This document shows, one piece after another, positions 48,107 to 56,283 of a DNA stretch of 62,220 nt. The notes beneath the pieces were generated by a model. The model was not told the DNA's origin, made no database searches, and saw only the letters and a program-made list of their open reading frames with translations. Every line of letters starts with the position of its first letter. The first letter of the stretch is position 1. The position numbers were made by a program, and so were the translations under genes. Source of the DNA: an uncultured Thermoleophilia bacterium (GTDB taxonomy: Bacteria > Actinomycetota > Thermoleophilia > UBA2241); NCBI GenBank assembly GCA_903862845.1, contig CAIOZS010000112.1, positions 1-62,220 of the forward strand. Reading direction: 5' to 3'.

Positions 48107-48562
48107 TCAGTCGCGGAACGGCACCACGAGCACCGGGACGGAGCTGCGGTGCAGGAGCTCGTAGGGCGTGCAGTGGTGCAGCGCTCCGGCAAGCGGACCT
48201 TCGCCGTGCGAGCCCACGACGATCACCCGTGAGCCGCGTTCGTCGGCGATCTGGATGAGGGCGCGCGCCGGGTCGTTCCACACCAGCAGCACCTCGGTCT
48301 GCACGCCGGCGCCGCGGGCGCGCTCGGCGGCGGCGTGGAGCATGGGTTCGACGTCCTTCTCGACGCCGCGTTCGTAGTCGCGCAGCTCCTTGGCCGCGGC
48401 GCAGGCGGGATCCAGCTCGCAGCTCAGGCCGGGCGGAGGTTCGTGACAGTAGACGATCACTATCTCGCCGTGGCCGAGGTCGTGAGCAAGCGCGACCGCC
48501 TCGTCGAGCGCCGCCGTCGAGCACGGCGAGCCGTCGTAGCCGAGCAGGATCGTGTGGGACAT
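48107..48562 (-). CDS. Universal stress protein (UspA family)
   Basis: ILLGYDGS, IVVGSHG, PVLVV; RBS AGGAAGGAG. Confidence 0.9.
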   Translation of the reverse strand: MSHTILLGYDGSPCSTAALDEAVALAHDLGHGEIVIVYCHEPPPGLSCELDPACAAAKELRDYERGVEKDVEPMLHAAAERARGAGVQTEVLLVWNDPARALIQIADERGSRVIVVGSHGEGPLAGALHHCTPYELLHRSSVPVLVVPFRD

Positions 48563-48634
48563 CCCGACTCCTTCCTCTTCACAGGGACGATTCCCCGCCG
48601 GCAGGGTCGGCTCACCGTTGGCGTCGCCGCCGGC

Positions 48635-49561
48635 TCAGCCGGTGAGCAGCGCGCGCAGGTTCCTGGCGATGATGTCGGGAGAATAGTCGAGACCGCAGAG
48701 CTCAAGCTTGGCGAGCGTCGCGGGGGTAAGCCCGGACTCGCCGCTCGCGGCGAGGATCGCCGCGGACTCCTGCTCGTCGAAGACCTGCGGTGGGTCGACG
48801 AGCAGCTCCACCCTCGCGTTTTCCGGGCACACCGACTGGCAGCGCAGACAGCCGACGGCGCACGTGTGCCAGGAAGGGTCCACCCACGCGGGGAACGGCG
48901 CGCGATCTTCGTTCACGAAGGTGAGGCAGCGATGGGTCTCGAGCAGAAACCGCCCGGCGCGGATGGCGCCGGTGGGGCAGGCGCGCTGGCAGACGCTGCA
49001 ACGCTCGCAGCGCGACAGCGGCAGCGGCTTTGCCCACGCAGCGTCGTCGGGCGGCGCGGCGTCGCTGGCGCAGGCGGCGAGCATGAGGTAGCTGCCGAGG
49101 CCGGGCACGTAGGCGATGTTGTTGCGGCCGTAACGAGCCAGGCCGGCACACGCGGCGAGGGTCTTGAGCGGTGGCTCGAAGCGTACAGCGCGGTGCCCGA
49201 AGGGCGCGAGCGCCGCGCTTGCAGCCTCCGCCAGGCCGCCCGGTACGATGAAGTAGCCGGCGTAGTGCGGCGGCACCGGGACGGCGTGCTCGGTGCCGCC
49301 GACAGTCAGTCTGGCTTGCGTCAACGGCCGCGCCACAGCGCCGACGATCACCGACCGCGCTGCGGCCAGCCCCTGGGGCAGCGCCCACGAGAGATCGTCG
49401 GCGATGCGCGCGGCGGCGGCTTCGGGCAGGTCGCCCGAAGCGAGGACGGCGGCGACCCTGGAGTGCAGGTCAGAGAGGCGCGCGGCAGCGACGACGCGCG
49501 CGCTCCAGCCCTTCTCGGCAAGGGCTCCGATCACGGTCTCCCACGGCAGGTGCACGCTCAC
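48635..49561 (-). CDS. QueG-like 4Fe-4S double-cluster protein
   Basis: AGLARYGRNNI, CERCSVCQRACP, CLTF, GCLRCQSVCPEN. Confidence 0.8.
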   Translation of the reverse strand: MSVHLPWETVIGALAEKGWSARVVAAARLSDLHSRVAAVLASGDLPEAAAARIADDLSWALPQGLAAARSVIVGAVARPLTQARLTVGGTEHAVPVPPHYAGYFIVPGGLAEAASAALAPFGHRAVRFEPPLKTLAACAGLARYGRNNIAYVPGLGSYLMLAACASDAAPPDDAAWAKPLPLSRCERCSVCQRACPTGAIRAGRFLLETHRCLTFVNEDRAPFPAWVDPSWHTCAVGCLRCQSVCPENARVELLVDPPQVFDEQESAAILAASGESGLTPATLAKLELCGLDYSPDIIARNLRALLTG

Positions 49562-49642
49562 GGAAGCCTCCTCGCGGTGGTCGCCGCCGTGGACCTCGCC
49601 CTGGCGATCCAGTTCCTCATGCGATTGGACAACCAGGAGCCG

Positions 49643-50911
49643 TCAGCGTCCCGGCGTCCCGACGCTGGAGGCGCGGTCCGCGAAGAAGAGCGCGCCGGCC
49701 CGCGGGCGGCCGCAGTGATCGGTCCACATGCTCTGACTGTAACCGCCGGCGCTCACCATGGCGACGACATCGCCCTCGGCGACCTGCGGGAACGGGACGT
49801 CCTCGCCGAACAGGTCGTCGCCCTCGTTGATGTGGCCGGCGAAGGTGACGCGCTGCGTCGGAGGCGCGTCGGCGCGCCCGCACACGACGTACTCGAGGTC
49901 GCGTCCGTACAAACGGTGGTCGTTCATCACGTTCCAGCCGCAGTCCAGACCGACGAAGGTCGTCCCCATGCGCCGTTCGACGGTGACGACTTCGGCGAGC
50001 AGCACGCCGGCCTCGTTCGTGAGGAGCTCGCCGGGCTCGACGCCGACGGCGACGCCGAGGTCGCCGAAGTGCCGCGCCAGGATGCCGGCGTAGGCATTGA
50101 GATCGAGCCGCCGCTCGCCGTCGTGCAGCGGCGTTCCCAGGCCGCCGCCGACGTTGACCTCTTTCAACGGGCAGCCCGCAGCGATGAGCCGGCGCACCAT
50201 GCGTTGGGCAACGGCGAGCGCCTCGTCGAAGGCGGGAAGCTCATCGTCCAGCATCCCGTTCGCCAGATGGAAATGCGCCGTGTCGATGGAGAGGCCGTGA
50301 CCCGCGGCGCGTGCCACGGCCTCCTCGAGGTCCTCCTCGTAGATGCCGAACTTGGTGGGCCGCGCGCCGGCGTAGAGGCTCTGGGCATGGCCGCGCATGA
50401 CGCCCGCGCGCGGGTTGATGCGCAGCCCGAGCGCGCGTCCCGGGCAGCGGCGCCCGACGCGGTCGATCTGGGTGAGCAGGTCGACGTTGATGTGAAGCGG
50501 GAGCGGAGCGATGACGTCGAGGTCGCGCTCCGAGACGTTGGTGCCCGTGTAGCTGATCTCCTCGGGCAAGAAGCCGCACTCGAGCGCGTGCAGTACCTCG
50601 CCCGGCGAGCACGCGTCGAGCCCGACCGCGGCCGGGTCGCCGGGAGGGCCGAGGCTGCGCAGGAGGCGTAGCGCGGGCTCGTCGCGCAAGGCCTTCATGG
50701 CGAGGCGGACGCGGGGGGTCAGGCCGGCGCGCGCGAGCGCGTCGCGGAGCGCGACGGCCTGCGCGCCGATGCGCCGCAGGTCGTAGACGTACAGCGGCGT
50801 GCCGTGCTCGCGGGCAAGCGCCTCGGCGTCGCGTCCCGCGACCAGCAGGCGCCCGCCCTCGATGCGCATGCCTTCGTGCTCCCACGGGAGCGGTGTGCGT
50901 GGCTTGACCAT
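49643..50911 (-). CDS. PLP-dependent group IV decarboxylase, LysA-like (paralog 2)
   Basis: [43 protein letters not shown]. Confidence 0.85.
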   Translation of the reverse strand: MVKPRTPLPWEHEGMRIEGGRLLVAGRDAEALAREHGTPLYVYDLRRIGAQAVALRDALARAGLTPRVRLAMKALRDEPALRLLRSLGPPGDPAAVGLDACSPGEVLHALECGFLPEEISYTGTNVSERDLDVIAPLPLHINVDLLTQIDRVGRRCPGRALGLRINPRAGVMRGHAQSLYAGARPTKFGIYEEDLEEAVARAAGHGLSIDTAHFHLANGMLDDELPAFDEALAVAQRMVRRLIAAGCPLKEVNVGGGLGTPLHDGERRLDLNAYAGILARHFGDLGVAVGVEPGELLTNEAGVLLAEVVTVERRMGTTFVGLDCGWNVMNDHRLYGRDLEYVVCGRADAPPTQRVTFAGHINEGDDLFGEDVPFPQVAEGDVVAMVSAGGYSQSMWTDHCGRPRAGALFFADRASSVGTPGR

Positions 50912-50968
50912 GGGCGGAGAGTATCGCAGGCGGCTCGTGCGGTGGAACCTGACCGGCCGGGCGGCTGC

Positions 50969-52078
50969 TCAGATTGTGTCGATCGTCACCTCGCTGGCGC
51001 CGCCGGAAAAGCGCATCTCGTAGCGGTCCACGGCAGCTTCGAACCCGGGCGATTCGAGTACGTTGCGCCCGCCGACGCCGCCCATCCGCCGGCCGTCGAA
51101 GTTCAGCTGGCTGGCGCCGCCGCTGACCGCGGCGCGCATCGCCGCGCCGGCCGGGCGGTGGATCTTGACGCTGCTCGCGCCGCCCGAGACGACGACGCCG
51201 ACGATGCCGACGGGCGCCGGCAGCCACAGCTCCACTTCGCTGGCGCCGCCGCTCACCGCGAGCGACTCAAGACGCAGTCCCCGCAGATCCGCGGCGAGCT
51301 CCCATATGCCGCCCTTGAGGGATAAGGCCCAGGGCACCGAGGTATTGAGCCGGACCTCTGCAGTCTGGCCGCGCCAGTCGAACAGGCGGAAGCGGCGGCG
51401 CTGCTGGATTACGACGGTGCCGCCGTGCACGCTCACGTCCGGCGCGGGCCCCTCGAACCGGGCGCGATAGAGGTCCTCCAGCGACGCGTCACCGCAGACG
51501 TCCACTTTGGCAGCGCCCTTGGTGAGCTCGAGGCGACCCGCGGTCACCTCACCCAGAGGGGCGGACGCTTCCGGGGAACCGTCGCCGCCCGCGCTCTGCG
51601 CCGTCGGCGCCTGGCCGACCAGCACTCCCGCCTGGCTCTCATACACCTGGCGCGTGCGGCGCAGGTAGTCGCGGATGACAACGAGCTCGTCCGCGTCGCG
51701 GCCGTCGAGCTCGGTGCGTCCCGCGATCTCGACCTCGCCGTACACACGCGCCCCGATCTCGCGCGTCGCCGCGGTCGAGATCACGAGCACGCGGCGCCGG
51801 TCGCCGGGGTCGGCGACGCGGTTGGCATAGCCGCCGCGCTCGAGCCGGTCCAAGACCGTGGTGATAGCGCCCGGCGTGAGGCCGCTCTCATCGGCCAGCT
51901 CGCCGGCCGTCACCCGGCCGCGGCGGTAGAGCACGCCGAGGCAGCGCAGGTCGGTGCGGTTGAGGCTGAACTGGGCGGCGGCGACCTCGTCGAGCCGGTC
52001 GACGGCCTGGCGGAGCTCCTCGAGCTCCAGGCCGACATCCGTAATGAGCGCTTCGCGCTTGCCGTCGTCTTTGGTCAT
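50969..52078 (-). CDS. MarR-family regulator fused to a C-terminal beta-repeat (SGGAS) domain
   Basis: RBS GGAGG; LNRTDLRCL, TAGELADESGLTPGAITTVLDRLERGGY, DRRRV; C-terminal repeats of V/F-SGGAS. Confidence 0.85.
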   Translation of the reverse strand: MTKDDGKREALITDVGLELEELRQAVDRLDEVAAAQFSLNRTDLRCLGVLYRRGRVTAGELADESGLTPGAITTVLDRLERGGYANRVADPGDRRRVLVISTAATREIGARVYGEVEIAGRTELDGRDADELVVIRDYLRRTRQVYESQAGVLVGQAPTAQSAGGDGSPEASAPLGEVTAGRLELTKGAAKVDVCGDASLEDLYRARFEGPAPDVSVHGGTVVIQQRRRFRLFDWRGQTAEVRLNTSVPWALSLKGGIWELAADLRGLRLESLAVSGGASEVELWLPAPVGIVGVVVSGGASSVKIHRPAGAAMRAAVSGGASQLNFDGRRMGGVGGRNVLESPGFEAAVDRYEMRFSGGASEVTIDTI

Positions 52079-52116
52079 CGTCCCTCCGCAGGGGCGGGTC
52101 CGGCTCAGTGTCCCTA

Positions 52117-52170
52117 CATTCTTATGACTATACCACAAACAAATAGTCTGACAATCTAATAATCTTGTCG
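52117..52170. promoter_or_regulatory. AT-rich divergent promoter region with two spaced inverted repeats (candidate MarR operators)
   Basis: GACTAT-N11-ATAGTC (52126-52148) and GACAA-N10-TTGTC (52150-52169). Confidence 0.55.
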
Positions 52171-52274
52171 CTGAACTGTGCCCGCGCCAGGGAAGTGCCG
52201 CCGCAGCGCGGCGACGAGCGGCCCTGGGGCGGGGCCCTGGAAGCTCTTCAGCACGTCCGCAGAAAGGACACGCG

Positions 52275-52650
52275 ATGGACCTTGCGATCGAAGCACGGGG
52301 CTCGTGAAGACCTATCGCGGCGATGTGCGCGCCCTCGACACCCTGAGCCTCGTCGCTGAAACGGGCACTGTGTTCGGTCTGCTCAGGCCGAACGGCGCCG
52401 GCAAGTCGACGACCGTGAAGATCCTGACGACGCTGTCGCGTCCGGATGCCGGCGAGGCCCGCGTGGCTGGGTACAACGTGGTGCGCGAGCCGGCCAAGGT
52501 GCGATTCGCCCTCGGCCGGGCGCGCGGGGCTGGCCGCGAGCGCGGACTGGGACATCGTCTTCAGCCGCATGGGCTACCGGGCGGCGTTCACGGTGGTCTG
52601 CACGTGGCTGGCGACGCGCGCGTTCCGCGTGTACCAGCGCTCGATCTACG
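52275..52650 (+). pseudogene. Collapsed DrrA/DrrB-like ABC exporter relic
   Basis: RBS AAAGGA, ATG 52275 MDLAIEARG then a frameshift; Walker A mutated (LLRPNGAGKS); joined at about 52515 to an ABC-2 permease C-terminus (DWDIVFSRMGY...WLATRAFRVYQRSI). Confidence 0.75.
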
Positions 52651-52728
52651 ATCTGGCGAAGCGGGACGAGAGCGGCCGGGGCGACCGGCAGGGCCGCCTC
52701 GGCCAGCCGGTCTCGCGCAAAGCGCCGG

Positions 52729-52970
52729 TCAGCCCACGAGGCCGGATGACGCCCTGGACGGTGAATACCAGGCCTATGATCCCGAAGTCGGTGATCAGGA
52801 TCACGCGGTTGTGCAGCATCAGCCAATTCCTGGATCGGCCGAGCGCGTCCCTGGCCCACGACGGCCGCACGAGATAGATGATGAGCGGCAGGATGATCGA
52901 CGAGCAGGCGCCCGCCGGCGATGTGCATGCCGGCGCGTTCCCACGGGCATGCCGAGTGGTCAAGGGCCAC
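52729..52970 (-). pseudogene. Chimeric relic: LysA-like N-terminus joined to a GAP-family C-terminus
   Basis: PWERAGMHIAGGRLLVD (cf. PWEHEGMRIEGGRLLVA at 50911) abuts IILPLIIYLV...RNWLMLHNRVIL...QGV (cf. the end of the GAP protein at 58740). Confidence 0.65.
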
Positions 52971-53010
52971 TACGGGGGCGTAGCGCACGTGACGGGCGCC
53001 GGCGAAGCGG

Positions 53011-54261
53011 TCAGGGCGTGGGGCCCGCCTGCGGGGCGTCGCGCTCGCCCGCCGGATGCGTGAGGGCCGGCGCATACCGCACCGCCGGGCTCGCGGACGC
53101 CGTCACGGCGATCGCGAGCATGGCGGCGGCCAGAGCCAGCGTCGTGGTGACGCCTCCAAGCCACTGGAGCAGGAGGCCGCCCACCAGCGAGCCGAGCGGG
53201 ATCGGACCCCACGCGACCAGGCCCTGCACACCGCCCACGCGGCCACGGAGGCGGTCCGGGGTCAGCGTGAGCGCATAGTGACTGATGACCACGTTCCAGG
53301 CCGGCCCCACGAACGCCATCCCGCCGGCCAGGATGCCCATGGCCAGCGGCCAGGGAGCCAAGGCGATGAAGGGGAGGAGCGCCGCCCACACCCAGTTGGC
53401 GCCGATGACGACGGCCTTGGCGGGAATGTGCCGGTTCGCCCAGGAGGCCACGAAGGCGCCCAAGAGACCGCCCGCTCCCATCAGGCCAAGCATCAGGCCA
53501 ATCAGCGCCGCCGAGGCGCCGCGCGCTTGGGCGAGGACGATCAGTCCCAGCACCATCGCCTGAAAGATGAAGTTGCTGCCGGCCACAAGCAGAGCCGCGG
53601 CACGGAGGAAGGGCTGGCGCCACAGCCAGTTCAGCCCCTCCGCGATCTCCTTGTGGAACGGAGTCGTCGAGCGCGGCCGCTTCTCCTGAAAGTCGCCGCG
53701 CACGAAGAGCAGGGAGATCACGGAGACGAGGTACGAGGCGGCATCGGCAGCGAACGGGACGGCGTGTCCGAGGCCGAAGAGGATGCCGCCGAGCGGATTG
53801 CCGGCGAGCGTCGCACCCCTCGTGCGGGCTTCATTCTGAGCGAGGGCGGCAGGCAACTGCTCCGGCGCCACCACGTGCGGCAAGGCCGTGCGCTCGGCGA
53901 GCGTGAACAGCACGAACAGCGTGCCTTCGGCGAAGGCGACGACAGCGATCTGCGCGACCGTGAGCACGTCGGCGGCGTAGGCGATGGCGATGCTTCCCAA
54001 GGCGGCGCCGCGCAGCGCGTCGCTGACGATCATGGCGCGCTTGCGGTCCCAGCGATCGACCAGGCCGCCGGCGGGCAGCTGGAAGAGGAGGAAGGGCAAG
54101 GTGCCGGCGAACCCGACGAGGCCGGCCTTCGCCGGGGAACCGGTCAGCGCAAGGACGAGTAGGGGAAACGCAACGGAAGTAGCGGCGGACCCGAGGGAAG
54201 AGACGACCTGCCCGCCCCAGAGAAGCAGGAAGTCGCGATTGCGATGGAGCGGAGTTGTCAA
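53011..54261 (-). CDS. MFS transporter (DHA3/EntS-like)
   Basis: RNRDFLLLWGGQ, GGLVDRWDRKR, TPDRLRGRV; about 12 TMs. Confidence 0.9.
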   Translation of the reverse strand: MTTPLHRNRDFLLLWGGQVVSSLGSAATSVAFPLLVLALTGSPAKAGLVGFAGTLPFLLFQLPAGGLVDRWDRKRAMIVSDALRGAALGSIAIAYAADVLTVAQIAVVAFAEGTLFVLFTLAERTALPHVVAPEQLPAALAQNEARTRGATLAGNPLGGILFGLGHAVPFAADAASYLVSVISLLFVRGDFQEKRPRSTTPFHKEIAEGLNWLWRQPFLRAAALLVAGSNFIFQAMVLGLIVLAQARGASAALIGLMLGLMGAGGLLGAFVASWANRHIPAKAVVIGANWVWAALLPFIALAPWPLAMGILAGGMAFVGPAWNVVISHYALTLTPDRLRGRVGGVQGLVAWGPIPLGSLVGGLLLQWLGGVTTTLALAAAMLAIAVTASASPAVRYAPALTHPAGERDAPQAGPTP

Positions 54262-54265
54262 GGCG

Positions 54266-54409
54266 TCACACGGTGTCGATAACGACCTGGCTGGCGACGC
54301 CGCTCGGCGCCGGCAGCCACGCCTCGACGCCGCCGGCGCCCCTGCTCACCTTGAGCGACTCGAGGCGCACATCGCACAGGTCGGCGGTGAGCTTCCACGT
54401 CCCGCCCTT
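54266..54409 (-). pseudogene. Relic of a paralog of the MarR-fused beta-repeat domain
   Basis: KGGTWKLTADLCDVRLESLKVSRGAGGVEAWLPAPSGVASQVVIDTV* vs KGGIWELAADLRGLRLESLAVSGGASEVELWLPAP...ASEVTIDTI*. Confidence 0.7.
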
Positions 54410-54424
54410 TCGTGTCTCAGGAGC

Positions 54425-54811
54425 TCAGCGAAAGTACTCCCGATACGCCGTGAGGCCGTACAGGATGAGGCCGTAGATCACGAACAGCGTGAGGCTCCAG
54501 AGCGGGAACGCGCCGAAGGCCACGAACCAGACGATGAACCCGGCAAGCGCGAAGCCGATGCCCCAGGCACGCGCAGTGCGCGAACGGCGCAGCACGAAAG
54601 CGCCGATGACGACCTGCCCGACGGCGAGGGCGAACCACACCCAGGCCCAGAAGGACATGTGCTGGACGAGCGCCGCGTCCTCGTGGAAGACCTCCGGCCT
54701 GCTCAGTGCCGCGATGCCGGCGATGGCGTTGAAGGCGCCGGCGACGATGAAGAACAGGCCGACGAACTCAATCCAGCCGCGGCCCTCGCCGGACTCGTGT
54801 GCGCGTGTCAT
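54425..54811 (-). CDS. Small 4-TM membrane protein (DUF7144-like)
   Basis: RBS GAGGGAG; GWIEFVG...AGAFNAIAGIAAL...FPLWSL. Confidence 0.75.
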   Translation of the reverse strand: MTRAHESGEGRGWIEFVGLFFIVAGAFNAIAGIAALSRPEVFHEDAALVQHMSFWAWVWFALAVGQVVIGAFVLRRSRTARAWGIGFALAGFIVWFVAFGAFPLWSLTLFVIYGLILYGLTAYREYFR

Positions 54812-54840
54812 CTGCACTCCCTCTCTGCGTGAACGAAGGT

Positions 54841-55137
54841 TCAGACCGTGGAGGCGCTCGAGCGCTGGCGCTGCCCGTAGCCCCCGCTGCCGTACGACAT
54901 GATGTCGAGGACCAGGCCGAGCACGACCCAGATCCAGCCGGCGCCTACCACGCCGTGCGCCACCGGACTGTACACCAGGCAGAACATGATGGTCGTGAAG
55001 GGCAGGAAGATGAGGCCCAGCAGCGGCCAGATGAAACTCGAGAAAGCGCGGTCGACGTAGCTCGTGAAGATCCACATCAGCAGCAGGGCGATCCGGGGGA
55101 AGAAGCTCCCTACGGCGGCCAGCAGACAACAACCCAT
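54841..55137 (-). CDS. Small hypothetical membrane protein
   Basis: RBS GAGGAG; MGCCLLA...FPRIALL...WPLLGLIFLPFTT. Confidence 0.75.
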   Translation of the reverse strand: MGCCLLAAVGSFFPRIALLLMWIFTSYVDRAFSSFIWPLLGLIFLPFTTIMFCLVYSPVAHGVVGAGWIWVVLGLVLDIMSYGSGGYGQRQRSSASTV

Positions 55138-55139
55138 GG

Positions 55140-55370
55140 TCAGGCTCCTCTCAGGTAGATGGCGAGGCCCGACGCCGGCGCGCTCCCCTTCTCCAGCGGC
55201 ACGGTCTTGACGCCGCAGGACGGCCTCGCCACGAGCAACCGGGTGTGGGGCCGGCAGCCGTGGTGCAGGTGGACGATGATCGACGGGACGATGGCCATGA
55301 TGATCTCCTTTCGACACGGGTGAGAGCGCGCAGAACGAAGCCGCCGCGGGCGCCCAAGCGTTGCCGCATC
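55140..55370 (-). pseudogene. Relic of a SulP paralog (last TM to STAS linker), leaving a 52-codon ORF at 55140-55298
   Basis: MAIVPSIIVHLHHGCRPHTRLLVARPSCG...GLAIYLRGA aligns with VAIVLSVVIHLRHSYLPSNKLLVQGPTG...GLAMYRFGA of the intact SulP. Confidence 0.6.
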
Positions 55371-55670
55371 CTACCCGCACTGCGGCCACATCCCATAATG
55401 TTGCCCGCGCGTGGCGAGGGCGGCCGGCCGGCCGCTGCAGCACGCTGACGGCGAGAGCCGGTCTCGGCCGACGGCCCGCGGCCGCCGGAGAGCGACCTGC
55501 TGACGTATACTGTGGCCGTCCTCAAGAGCAGTTTGCCCGCCGGCGCGGACAACGGCGGTTTCAGGGATTCGCCGGTCTGTCTGGCGGGCATGACGCAGTG
55601 AGGGACACCCGGGGTTCCTGCTCCAGGGACCCGAACAGAGTCCGTATCACCACCAAAAGAGGGAGTGCAG

Positions 55671-56168
55671 ATGAGTGAACTGATGGTGCTCGGCTTCGAG
55701 AACGAGCTGGAGGCCGACCGCTTCGGCCTCAAGCTCGCGGAGCTGCAGAAAGACCTGATCGTGCAGCTTCAGGACGCCGCCGAGGTCGTACGTGACCCGG
55801 ACGGCAAGCCGCACGTCAAGCACGACAGCCACCTCGTCGGAGTCGGCGCCCTGGGCGGCGCCTTCTGGGGCATGCTCTTCGGCCTGCTCTTCTTCGTGCC
55901 CTTCCTGGGCCTCGCCATCGGCGCCGGGTTGGGGGCGCTCTTCGGCAAGCTCGGCAAGACCGGCCTCGACAAGCAGGTCCTCGAGCAGATGGGCGACGCG
56001 GTGCCGCCGGGCAAGGCCGGCTGGTTCCTGCTCATCGGCCAGATGACCGAGGACAAGTTCCTCGAGGCCGTCAAGGGCACCAACGCCACGCTGGTGCGCT
56101 CCAACCTCACGGCTGAGCAGGAGAAAGACCTCAAGCACGCCTTCGGCGCGAGGAAGCACGAAGCGTAA
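55671..56168 (+). CDS. DUF1269 family membrane protein
   Basis: RBS GAGGGAG; MSELMVLGF, GAFWGMLFGLLFFVPFLG, SNLTAEQE. Confidence 0.88.
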   Translation: MSELMVLGFENELEADRFGLKLAELQKDLIVQLQDAAEVVRDPDGKPHVKHDSHLVGVGALGGAFWGMLFGLLFFVPFLGLAIGAGLGALFGKLGKTGLDKQVLEQMGDAVPPGKAGWFLLIGQMTEDKFLEAVKGTNATLVRSNLTAEQEKDLKHAFGARKHEA

Positions 56169-56190
56169 GACCGGCCTCAAGATCCGCACG

Positions 56191-56226
56191 ACGCGACGGG
56201 GCGGCCCCAGGGCCGCCCCGTCGCGT
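56191..56226. terminator. Perfect 16-bp stem hairpin between convergent genes
   Basis: acgcgacggggcggcc-ccag-ggccgccccgtcgcgt. Confidence 0.8.
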
Positions 56227-56283
56227 TCCCGCAGCGACCGCGATCGCCGCTGCGGCCGTCTCGTGCCGGCGCGCAGTCGAGGG

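Noticed and set aside
55534-55640. Possible riboswitch upstream of the DUF1269 gene (TGCCCGCC...GGCGGGCA stem)
   Set aside because: GC-rich stem with no match to a riboswitch consensus I can recognise; not distinguishable from background
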